64,000 nt of DNA. Source: an uncultured Phycisphaerales bacterium. GTDB taxonomy: Bacteria; Planctomycetota; Phycisphaerae; Tepidisphaerales; Tepidisphaeraceae. This document shows positions 1-8,432 of the stretch, piece after piece (position 1 is the first letter of the stretch; each line of letters opens with the position of its first letter). The position numbers and the translations under genes are program-made. The notes under the pieces were generated by a model. The model worked only from the letters and a program-made list of their open reading frames with translations, was not told where the DNA came from and made no database searches. The DNA lies in assembly GCA_963755915.1 (NCBI GenBank), contig CAVWLP010000002.1, forward strand, positions 480,001 to 544,000, read 5' to 3'.

Positions 1-981
1 GAGATCGTGACGGAGCCGGATTTAACGACCCCGGCGGATGTGGCGCTGTTTGGGCAGGAGCTTCAGAAGATCGTGCAATTCCTGGGCGTGAGCCTGGGGC
101 AGATGCAGATGGGGCACATGCGGTTTGAGCCGAACATCAACGTGCATATCACCGATGCCGAGGGACAGGTGCATAAGACGGCGATTACGGAGATCAAAAA
201 TCTGAACAGCTTCAGCGTCCTGGAGCGGGCGACGGCGTACGAAGTGCAGCGGCAGATTCGCGAGTGGGAAGAGACCGGCTCGCTGGGGCGCAAGAGCACC
301 TACGGCTGGGACGAAGCGAGCGGGACGACGTTTTTGCAGCGGGAGAAGGAAGAGGCGAACGACTATCGATATTTCCCGGACCCGGACCTGGTGCCGGTGG
401 AAGTGGATGAGGCGTGGCTGGCGGAGATCAAGGCGCAGGTGGGCGAGTTGCCCGTCGCACGACGCAAAAGATATGTGGATGCGCTGGGACTGTCGACCAC
501 CGATGCCGCGATTTTGGCGGGGGACCGGGCGACAGGAGAATTCTATGAGGCGGCGATCGCGGCCGGCGGGGACGCGAAACGGGTGAGCAATCTGATTCTC
601 TCGCACGGCCGGCGGCTGGCGAATGAGAAAGGGGTGGCCCTTGCCCAGATCGGCGTGCCGGCGCAGCGGTTCGCGGAAGTAGCGAAGTTGATCGACGCAA
701 ACACAATCTCGGCCAGCTCCGCAGGGGCGATTTTCGATCGGCTGCGGGAAAATGATGCGCCGGCGGAAGCGATCGCGCAGGAGCTGGGGCTGATGCAGGT
801 GAGTGATACCAGCGCCATCGACGCGGCCATCGATGCGGTGATCGCGGCGAATCCCAAGCCGCTGCAGGATTACCGAGCGGGGAAGCAGACGGCGATGGGG
901 GCGCTGGTGGGGATGGTGATGAAGAGCGGGAAGGGGCTGAATCCGAAGATGGTGCAGGAGGCGCTGAGGAAGAAGCTGTAG
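1..981 (+). CDS. gatB: Asp/Glu-tRNA amidotransferase subunit B (5'-truncated by window)
   Basis: EIVTEPD, EIKNLNSF, REKEEANDYRYFPDPDL motifs; C-terminal Yqey-like domain. Confidence 0.97.
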   Translation, partial: EIVTEPDLTTPADVALFGQELQKIVQFLGVSLGQMQMGHMRFEPNINVHITDAEGQVHKTAITEIKNLNSFSVLERATAYEVQRQIREWEETGSLGRKSTYGWDEASGTTFLQREKEEANDYRYFPDPDLVPVEVDEAWLAEIKAQVGELPVARRKRYVDALGLSTTDAAILAGDRATGEFYEAAIAAGGDAKRVSNLILSHGRRLANEKGVALAQIGVPAQRFAEVAKLIDANTISASSAGAIFDRLRENDAPAEAIAQELGLMQVSDTSAIDAAIDAVIAANPKPLQDYRAGKQTAMGALVGMVMKSGKGLNPKMVQEALRKKL

Positions 982-1009
982 TAGCTTTTTTGTCCGACGC
1001 TCATTGCTG

Positions 1010-1146
1010 AATTCCGAAACCAGAAATCCGAATGACGAATCAATGACCGAATAACGAAACCCGAACGAAACGGAACTGGGCGCGTGGCATTCGCCATTCG
1101 GTCATTGGGGCTTGGTTCGTCATTCGGATTTCTGGTTTCGGGTTTT
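1010..1146. repeat. Imperfect palindrome built of ~7-nt units
   Basis: CCGAAACCAGAAATCCGAATGACGAA ... TTCGTCATTCGGATTTCTGGTTTCGG; relatives at 4124-4247 and 47306-47417. Confidence 0.85.
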
Positions 1147-1168
1147 TCACGAGCTTATGATTCAAGAG

Positions 1169-1531
1169 ATGCCCGTCATAACCCCCGCCAAGCTCGATCT
1201 GAAGCGCGATGAAAAGCTGGAGATTCTCTGGAAGGACGGAACGCACAGCGTTTATTCGCTTTCCTATTTGCGGTCGATGTGCCCGTGCGCGGTGTGCAAG
1301 ATGGTGCGGGAGGGGAGGGATCCGCACGATATTTCGCCGCAGCCGGAGGAGCCGAAGAAGAAGACCACGCTGAATATTTTGCCGGGGAATTATGCCCAGC
1401 CGCTGACGGTGAAAAGTGCGCAGATGGTGGGGAACTATGCGATCCAGATCGACTGGTCGGACGATCATGGGTCGGGGATTTATTCGTTTGAATATTTGAG
1501 GTCGATTAGCCCGCCGGGAGAAAAGATTTAA
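1169..1531 (+). CDS. DUF971 (GBBH N-terminal-like) protein
   Basis: W.DG..S.Y....LR..CPCAVC ... VGNYAIQIDWSDDHGSGIYSF.YL. Confidence 0.9.
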   Translation: MPVITPAKLDLKRDEKLEILWKDGTHSVYSLSYLRSMCPCAVCKMVREGRDPHDISPQPEEPKKKTTLNILPGNYAQPLTVKSAQMVGNYAIQIDWSDDHGSGIYSFEYLRSISPPGEKI

Positions 1532-1604
1532 CCACGGATTACACGGATTTCACGGATAAGAAAAAGCGTTTTCCCTATCCGCGCCCATCCGTGAAATCCG
1601 TGGT
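1531..1604. repeat. Inverted 9-mer repeat cluster (CACGGATTA/T) between convergent genes
   Basis: ACCACGGATTACACGGATTTCACGGAT ... ATCCGTGAAATCCGTGGT. Confidence 0.75.
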
Positions 1605-1614
1605 TAAAAATTCT

Positions 1615-2628
1615 TCATTGTGCATTGATCTGAGAAAGCAGTCCCTTCGCCTTGTCTGCCGCGGGGTCGTTGGGATATTGCTTGATCAATTGATTCAACT
1701 TGTCTTTCGCCTTGTCGGTCATTCCACTGGCGATGTAGGCCTGGGCGAGATGAAGAAGGCGGTTGGGCTCATCGGGTGTAGCGGCCTGAGTGCCGACGGC
1801 GGGGGCGGCGCCCGGCGGCTGCGATTTCACGAGTTCCAACTGCTGAATTCTGGCCTTGAACCAATCCGGGTTCGATATCATATCGTGATCCACGGGCTCG
1901 ATTTTTACGTAATCGAATCCATCGTTTTCCATTCGGTTCGCTATCGATTTCCACCCGCTTTCGTGTCCCGGTGTGGTGTCCTGGGCCGCGAATCCAAGAA
2001 TCTGCACGTGGGACTTCACCAGGTTCATCAGCCGGGGCGGTGGATTAACCTCGAAAAGCGGCTGATCGCCCGCCCAGAGCGGTTTGTTGTATCCTACCCA
2101 CCAGCAATACAGATCGCCCATCACGACGTCGCCGGTGCTCCAGCCGATGGGTTCCTCGGTCTGTCCTAATCCGAAAAAATAAATTCGGGCGGGATCGACG
2201 TTATAGATTTTGCGGACGTTATAAATTGCATCGAGGCATATTCCGACGCCGTTGAGCTCGGGGCGATGATCCCTTTTTGTGGCGATCATCATGAAATAGA
2301 GCTTATCGAGAGTAGGACGATAGCCCTGGTAAATGTCGGGCGAGCCGTCCTGCCAGATTTGCATGATCAGGCCGATGGGTTTTTGGGGATCGTAGTTTGC
2401 CGGAACGTAGGCTGTGAGCGGCTCCTGCGATAAATCATAATCTGCGCCGAGTTTTTCTTTGGAAAGGCCGATGCGCTCGATCAGTTTGGAGTATTCGGTG
2501 TCGGGACTTCGCTGTGTAAATGTGATGTCAAAGGCGCCGGTTTTAGCGGGCTGAGTTGTGGGTGCGGGATCGGCGAAAGTTGTGGAGACAAAGAGCAAAC
2601 AGAGAATTGTTGAAGCGATATTCCGCAT
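1615..2628 (-). CDS. Exported protein, esterase-like region plus C-terminal TPR-like helix pair
   Basis: Signal peptide; YVPANYDPQKP, VDPARIYFFG; C-terminal LAQAY...LIKQYPNDPAA.KA. Confidence 0.7.
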   Translation of the reverse strand: MRNIASTILCLLFVSTTFADPAPTTQPAKTGAFDITFTQRSPDTEYSKLIERIGLSKEKLGADYDLSQEPLTAYVPANYDPQKPIGLIMQIWQDGSPDIYQGYRPTLDKLYFMMIATKRDHRPELNGVGICLDAIYNVRKIYNVDPARIYFFGLGQTEEPIGWSTGDVVMGDLYCWWVGYNKPLWAGDQPLFEVNPPPRLMNLVKSHVQILGFAAQDTTPGHESGWKSIANRMENDGFDYVKIEPVDHDMISNPDWFKARIQQLELVKSQPPGAAPAVGTQAATPDEPNRLLHLAQAYIASGMTDKAKDKLNQLIKQYPNDPAADKAKGLLSQINAQ

Positions 2629-2708
2629 CAGTGCAAGTATAGCAAACCCCCTCCCTGACCCTCCCCCGGAATACCGGGGGTGGGGAAAAAACCGCAGACG
2701 CGCAGCGT

Positions 2709-4079
2709 CTAAAAATCCGCCATTGCCTGCGAGAGCCGGCGGACTTCGTGCAGGGCCATGCCTTTGAGTTTGGGGATATGTTCGCCGATGGGGGGGACGA
2801 TGGCGTGGGCGACGCCGAGGCGGGAGGCTTCGCGCAGGCGGGTTTCGAGCTGGGGGACGGGGCGGACTTCGCCGCCCAGGCCGAGCTCGCCGACAGCGAG
2901 GGTGCCGGGAGGGAGGGGGCGATTCATGTGGGCGGAGGAGATGGCCAGGGCGATGGCGAGATCGATGGCGGGCTCAGGGGTTTTGACGCCGCCGGCGATG
3001 TTGACGAAGACGTCATCCGCGGCAAGGCGAAGCTCGGCGCGTTTTTCGAGGACGGCGATGATCATGGCGAGGCGGTCGGAGGAGACGCCGCTGGATTTCC
3101 GCTTGGCCGCGCCGATGACGCTGGAAGCGGTGAGGGCCTGGACCTCGATGAGCAAAACGCGCGAGCCCTGCATGGCGGCGGTAATGACGGAGCCGCTGGG
3201 CTGGCCGCCGGGGCCGTATTGTTCGATGAAGAGCTTGCCCGGGTCGAGGACTTCCTGGAGCCCGCGGCCGGTCATTTCGAAGAGGCCGACTTCGTGCGTC
3301 GAGCCAAAACGATTTTTCATGCAGCGGACAATGCGGTGGGCGTGGAAGCGATCGCCCTCGAAATTGGCGACGGTGTCGACGATGTGCTCGATAAGCTTGG
3401 GGCCGGCGAGGACGCCCTCCTTGGTAACGTGGCCGACGAGGACGATCGCGGTGCCCGAGGTTTTGGCGAGGTAGACCAAGTCCATGCAGCAGTCGCGGAG
3501 TTGGGTGATGGAGCCGGGGGCGGCGGGGAGGTTGGGCTTGTAAATCATCTGGATCGAATCGATGACCGCGACGGCGGGCTGATGTTTGGCGATCTGGTGG
3601 ATGATGCGCTCGATGTTGGTCTCGGCGAGGACGAGAAGCTTTCCGGATTTCACGCCGAGGCGTCCGGCGCGAAGCGCGGTCTGGCGGGCGGATTCTTCGC
3701 TGGTGACGTAGAGGACTTTTGAGGCGGCATCGGCGGCGGCCATGGCGTGGGCGACCTGGAGCAGGAGCGTGGATTTTCCGATGCCGGGCTCTCCACCGAC
3801 GAGAACGACGGAGCCGGGGACGATTCCGCCGCCGAGGACGCGGTCGAATTCGCCGATGCCGGTGGCGAGGCGCGGGGTCTGGGATTCGTCGATCTGATCG
3901 ATGGGCATGGCCTCGGCGGCGGCAAGGTCGGCGCCGGTGCGCTCTGCGCGGGCGTCGGGGGCGGGCGGGGTGAAGGGTTCGAGGCTGTTCCAGGTGCCGC
4001 AATCGGGGCATTTGCCGAGCCACTTGGGGTGGATGGAGCCGCAGTGGTTGCAGAGGAATTGGGAGCGGGGTTTGGGCAC
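2709..4079 (-). CDS. radA: DNA repair protein RadA/Sms
   Basis: C..CG...KWLGKCPDCG zinc finger, GGEPGIGKST, KNRFG, Lon-like C-terminus; GTG start chosen. Confidence 0.97.
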   Translation of the reverse strand: MPKPRSQFLCNHCGSIHPKWLGKCPDCGTWNSLEPFTPPAPDARAERTGADLAAAEAMPIDQIDESQTPRLATGIGEFDRVLGGGIVPGSVVLVGGEPGIGKSTLLLQVAHAMAAADAASKVLYVTSEESARQTALRAGRLGVKSGKLLVLAETNIERIIHQIAKHQPAVAVIDSIQMIYKPNLPAAPGSITQLRDCCMDLVYLAKTSGTAIVLVGHVTKEGVLAGPKLIEHIVDTVANFEGDRFHAHRIVRCMKNRFGSTHEVGLFEMTGRGLQEVLDPGKLFIEQYGPGGQPSGSVITAAMQGSRVLLIEVQALTASSVIGAAKRKSSGVSSDRLAMIIAVLEKRAELRLAADDVFVNIAGGVKTPEPAIDLAIALAISSAHMNRPLPPGTLAVGELGLGGEVRPVPQLETRLREASRLGVAHAIVPPIGEHIPKLKGMALHEVRRLSQAMADF

Positions 4080-4123
4080 GGGGAGATGGTCAGGGGGTTT
4101 CGGCGAAATTGCAAATCGCGGGG

Positions 4124-4247
4124 AAATCAGAATCCCGAAACCAGAAAACCGAATCAAATCCGAAACCCGAATGACGAAACGGTCGCCGGTTTCGTCATTT
4201 GGTCATTCTGGTTTGATTCGGATTTCTGGATTCGGATTTCTGGTTTT
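4124..4247. repeat. Heptamer-unit imperfect palindrome
   Basis: CCGAAACCAGAAAACCGAATCAAA ... TTTGATTCGGATTTCTGG. Confidence 0.8.
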
Positions 4248-5645
4248 TTAAGAGATGTGCGCCGGCGGCGCCGTCTCGAGTATCGGCGACTCATCGAGCT
4301 CGATTTCTCGATTCAGCACCCGCAGGGTGTACCACGGGAGCCAGATGCCGCAGCGGGCGGCGACTGCGCAGATGGTGCCGAAGACGATGCCGCGGAGGCC
4401 GAGGTGGAAATAGCGGACAAAGCTATAGCTGAGAAAGACGTTGGCCACGCCGGCGATGAGGACGGAGATGGTGAAGGCGCGGACTTTTCCGATGGCGAGG
4501 AGGATGGAGCGGCCGACGGCGCTGCTGCCGCCGATGGTGGTGTGGATGAGGACGAAGGGGAGCAGGGCGCAGGTGGCCTGCATGGGGTCGCCGAGCCAGA
4601 TCCGGAAGAAATAGGGGGCGAGGAGCCAAAGGATGGGGGCGGCGAAAAGAAGCAGGAGAAACGTGGCAAGGGTGCCGCGGATGTAGTAGCGGCGGACGAC
4701 GTGAGGCTCGCCGGCGGCGTGGGCGAGGGCGGTGCGCGGGAGGAGGACCGACGCCAGCGCGTTAACCAGCAGCAGCGCTCCGCCGTCGATCTGAACGGCC
4801 GGGGTATAGGTCGCAACGTAGGATTGACCGAGCAGATAGAGGATCAGGAGATTGCTGGTGGGGGCGTAGAGATAGTCCGCCATCTGGGCCGCCACTACCA
4901 TCGAGCCGAAAACCGTCAGGCGGCGCACGAGCGAAAAATCGAATCGTCGCCACCATTTTTCGAAAAGGCCGCTGCCGAAAACGTGAGACGTAATCGCCCG
5001 CAAGATCAGCAGGATTCCGGAGGCGGAAATAAGGGCGAATCCCACGGCCCGCTGCCAGGGGAAGTGAAAAACAAAAAGACCGATGCCGGTTCCCGCGCTC
5101 CAGATGAGCTCATGGCTGGTGAGCAGGATGTTGTCGACGAAAATCTTTCCGGAGGTTTGGAGTGCCGCCCCGGCGGCGTCGCTCATAAGGCGAAGGAGGG
5201 TGGCGGTGCCGACCATCATCACCAGTTCCAGGGCGGCGCCTCCGGTGGTTGTGTTGGTCTGGGTGCCGCGAAAGTAGAAGCCGAAACAGACCAGCAGAAT
5301 CGCCCCCGCCAGCGCCGTCAGGAGTGCCATTGTGAAGCCATTGGCGTAGACGGTCTGCACGGCCGACGTGCGATTGGGGGGAACAGAGTCGTAATCGATG
5401 ACCGGCAGGCCGCGCGTCCGATCGTCGCGCATGGCCTCGGCAGTGAGGCGAATGATGGCCGGGCTGAGGCCGATGGCGGCGTATTCCAGGATTCCGACGG
5501 TGGATTGAATGATCGCCAGAAACGCAAACGCCGGTTTTCCCGCCACGCGGAAAACGGCGGCCGTTACGAGGAGCCATGCCGCCATTCGCGCCGCGGTGAC
5601 GAAATAGGCGGAGATGATGTCGCGGCGGAGAGAGGGCGCGGGCAC
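4248..5645 (-). CDS. Wzx/MATE-like polysaccharide flippase
   Basis: About 12 hydrophobic segments, polysaccharide exporter-like pattern; start uncertain. Confidence 0.75.
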   Translation of the reverse strand: MPAPSLRRDIISAYFVTAARMAAWLLVTAAVFRVAGKPAFAFLAIIQSTVGILEYAAIGLSPAIIRLTAEAMRDDRTRGLPVIDYDSVPPNRTSAVQTVYANGFTMALLTALAGAILLVCFGFYFRGTQTNTTTGGAALELVMMVGTATLLRLMSDAAGAALQTSGKIFVDNILLTSHELIWSAGTGIGLFVFHFPWQRAVGFALISASGILLILRAITSHVFGSGLFEKWWRRFDFSLVRRLTVFGSMVVAAQMADYLYAPTSNLLILYLLGQSYVATYTPAVQIDGGALLLVNALASVLLPRTALAHAAGEPHVVRRYYIRGTLATFLLLLFAAPILWLLAPYFFRIWLGDPMQATCALLPFVLIHTTIGGSSAVGRSILLAIGKVRAFTISVLIAGVANVFLSYSFVRYFHLGLRGIVFGTICAVAARCGIWLPWYTLRVLNREIELDESPILETAPPAHIS

Positions 5646-5729
5646 GGCAATGAATATATCGGAAAAGCATTGCCGAATGCCGAATGCCAATTGCCGAATT
5701 TCGGGAGTCGCCCGCTGAAAAGTCTATTT

Positions 5730-5854
5730 CCCCTCGCCCGGTACTCCGGGAGAGGGCAAGCGTGCGCAGCACCGCGCGGGTGAGGGCCGTGGGTGCGCAA
5801 GGATTTTTCCAAGGCCCTCACCCCGGCCCTCTCCCGGAGTACCGGGCGAGGGGG
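5730..5854. repeat. Inverted pair of REP-like hairpins with GTAC loop
   Basis: CCCTCGCCCGGTACTCCGGGAGAGGG and CCCTCACCCCGGCCCTCTCCCGGAGTACCGGGCGAGGGG; relatives near 2646-2685, 30967-31007, 43163-43202, 53521-53645. Confidence 0.85.
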
Positions 5855-5863
5855 AAATTTCTG

Positions 5864-7186
5864 TTATGCCGCGAGTGAACGGATGGGCTGGGGGATGCGA
5901 ATGGACTGGGAAGTCTCCGCCGGGGCGCGCATAGCGCGGCGGATGAGCATGAATGCCGCAACCGTCATCAGGGGGACGGTAGGATTGATGCGGGATTTCC
6001 AGAACATGAGGACCAGGAAAAGGGCCGACCAGACGAGCGGCAGCCAGCGGTCTTCCCAATTGGAGGTGTTGGAAGAATTCTGCCGGTCGGCAACGTAGAC
6101 GACGATGGCGACGCTAACGAGCAACAGATCGTAATCGAAGTAGAAGGGCATCAGCAGGGGCATCGAGGCGATGGCGGCGGAGATCAGGCGGTCGCGCGCG
6201 GATGGGGTTTGGCCGGTGCGAAAAATTTGCAGGGCCATGGCGGCAAGAGCGACAGTGAGGGCGAATTCGCTGAGTAGCCAGAGCAGTTGCGGGATCGTGG
6301 CCATGGGGCCGATGGCGTCGCCCTGGAACAGCTCGCGCCAGAAGGCTTTGAAGGTGACGTGGCGTTCCCAGCGGTAATGATTCAGCTCCTCGATCCAGTG
6401 GAGGTTCTGGGGCATGTGATAAACGAATTCGTGGAGGGAGCCGGGCATGGTGAGGACGTTGACCAGCACCAGCGTGGTTCCGGTGAGACAGACGCCCAAG
6501 ATCGCGCGGCGGCCCTGGCTGACGCAGAGGACGGCGGCGATGACCAGGCCGAGCTGGGGTTTGTAGAAGAGCAGACCGCAGACGATGCCGGAAAGAAGGG
6601 GATAGCCGCCGCGCCAGAGGCAGACGGTTGTTGTCAGCAGCAGGAGCGAGAAGAAAGTGTTCTGGCCATGGCAGAAGGTTTGGAAGCAGGGCATGGCCAT
6701 GAGGACCAGGAAGGGGACGAGGAGCTGATTGCGGAATCCGCCCTGGATCATTCGGCACAATAAAGCGAACGAGATCGCCAGACAGAAGGCGGAGATGGCC
6801 CACCAGATATGCAGAGCCGTCAGAAACGGAAAAGCGGAGAGGGGTGCGAAGAGCCAGGCGGCAAATGGCGGATTCCACCAGGGGCCGAAACTGTTGCCCA
6901 GGGAGAGGCCGGCGGCGTGGCCGACGTTCCACTCGAAGGTTTTGGTCGCGGGGAGATCGAAGAGGCGTTCGTAATGTCCGGTGCGGGCGCAGGTGCCGCC
7001 GTAGTAGAAGGGGAGGAAATCGTGACCGAGCATGTCCCAGGTGACGGCTCGCTCGCGGGAGACGATGGAGTTGCCGATCAGGAGGGTGACGATAAAGACG
7101 GCGACGAGCCCGCCGCCGCGCCAGAGGCGCGTGGGAAGGGGATGGTTGGTTCCGAGAACATTTTGAACGATTCGCGGGAGATGCAT
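5864..7186 (-). CDS. GT87 (DUF2029-like) membrane glycosyltransferase
   Basis: DFLPFY, NPPF, GQN, YKPQLG, DYDL motifs; polytopic. Confidence 0.85.
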   Translation of the reverse strand: MHLPRIVQNVLGTNHPLPTRLWRGGGLVAVFIVTLLIGNSIVSRERAVTWDMLGHDFLPFYYGGTCARTGHYERLFDLPATKTFEWNVGHAAGLSLGNSFGPWWNPPFAAWLFAPLSAFPFLTALHIWWAISAFCLAISFALLCRMIQGGFRNQLLVPFLVLMAMPCFQTFCHGQNTFFSLLLLTTTVCLWRGGYPLLSGIVCGLLFYKPQLGLVIAAVLCVSQGRRAILGVCLTGTTLVLVNVLTMPGSLHEFVYHMPQNLHWIEELNHYRWERHVTFKAFWRELFQGDAIGPMATIPQLLWLLSEFALTVALAAMALQIFRTGQTPSARDRLISAAIASMPLLMPFYFDYDLLLVSVAIVVYVADRQNSSNTSNWEDRWLPLVWSALFLVLMFWKSRINPTVPLMTVAAFMLIRRAMRAPAETSQSIRIPQPIRSLAA

Positions 7187-7223
7187 TTGGGCATTTCCGC
7201 TATCGGCGTAATTGGGGGAGGTG

Positions 7224-7270
7224 GATTGCCGATTGCCGATTGCCAATTGCCGATTGCCAATTGCCGATTT
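7224..7270. repeat. Tandem heptamer ATTGCC(G/A), about 6 units
   Basis: GATTGCCGATTGCCGATTGCCAATTGCCGATTGCCAATTGCCG; related runs at 5669-5700, 15121-15152, 32197-32290. Confidence 0.85.
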
Positions 7271-7292
7271 TGAAATTCCTTTTATCGGACGG

Positions 7293-8422
7293 TCAGGCGA
7301 CCCACAGGTTCAGGGCGAAGCGCATCATGAGGACGGCGGAGAGGGGGCCGGAGATCAGGGTGTAGAGAATATGGAGCATACGCCGGCGGCGGGTGACGAT
7401 CGCGAGCATCATGAAAGCTGGAAAGAGGACGAGGATGAAACGCGTGATTGACCAGTAGCGGTCGGCGGTGAGCATGACGCTGAACATTGCAATAGTAAAG
7501 AGCCAGTAGGATGGGCGTAAGTGGCGGATGGCGAGGATGGTCATGACTGCCAGCAGAGCTGTGGGGCCGAGCTGGAGGGGCGCGCGGCCGGAGTGAAGGA
7601 CCGTGCCAAGGGTGCAGTAGTTCCAGGCTTTTTGCGCCGCGACGAAAGTGAGGGGGCTGCCGAACTGGTGCCATTGGAAAGCCATCCAGGCGAGGAGGCC
7701 TAATGGACCACACAGGAGGGTGAGGATGGCGGGGCGAATGCGGAATTTGTTTTGCTGGAAATATTCGACGGCCATGCCGACGGCGAGGAGGACGCCGTCG
7801 GGCGCGACAGCGCGGCGAGAGCCAGGAGCGGGCCGACGATGTTCCATTGTGATTTTCGAGCGTGATAAAAGGCCGCCGCGGCCAGCGCCATGAAGAGGGA
7901 CATGGGATAGACCGCGGACAAGAAAAACGACGTAGGGAAGATGAGGATAAACCAGCAGGCGCGGGAGGCGGTGGCGCGATCGTATCCCTCCATCAACAGG
8001 AGCGCCATGATATAGGCGAGGGCGATGGTGAGGCTGAGATTGGAGATGACCAGGCCGGCGATGAGGTAGGCGTCATCACCGCCACCGGCGAGGCGACCGC
8101 CGAGACGCATCAGCATCGGATAGAGGGGTGCGAAGGCGACCCCGCTCATCTGACCCGGCGTAAAGGAATATCCGTCGCGGGCAATGGTGAGATACCAGCG
8201 GCCGTCGAAGTGGGACCACATGTTCAGTGCGTTGGAAGATGTCGGCAGGTCCCAGCCGATGGCGCGGGCCTGGGGGACGTAAAGAATCGCGAAATATCCG
8301 GCGAAGACGAGGATCAGCCGCGTGTAGACGAAGGGGACGATCAGTCCGCGGAAGAAGAGGGGAAAGTCGATTCCGCTGCGCGGTTCCAAGGCGTCGAGGA
8401 TGGTGAGGTTTCGCGTGGTCAC
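7293..8422 (-). CDS. PIG-V-like (GT-C) mannosyltransferase; frameshift near 7800
   Basis: W.HFDG.WY..IA..GY, AF.PLYP, FP.SFFLSAVY..SLF; continues in the 7293..7847 frame (FGSPL.F..AQ..W). Confidence 0.8.
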
Positions 8423-8432
8423 TCGCAGACTC

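Noticed and set aside
3747..5783. 678-aa plus-strand ORF and other long antisense ORFs (e.g. 32762-34114, 38026-39255)
   Set aside because: Shadows of well-supported genes on the opposite strand in GC-rich DNA; no motifs.
7224..7270. Short tandem repeats as a CRISPR array
   Set aside because: 7-nt units with no unique spacers and no cas genes.
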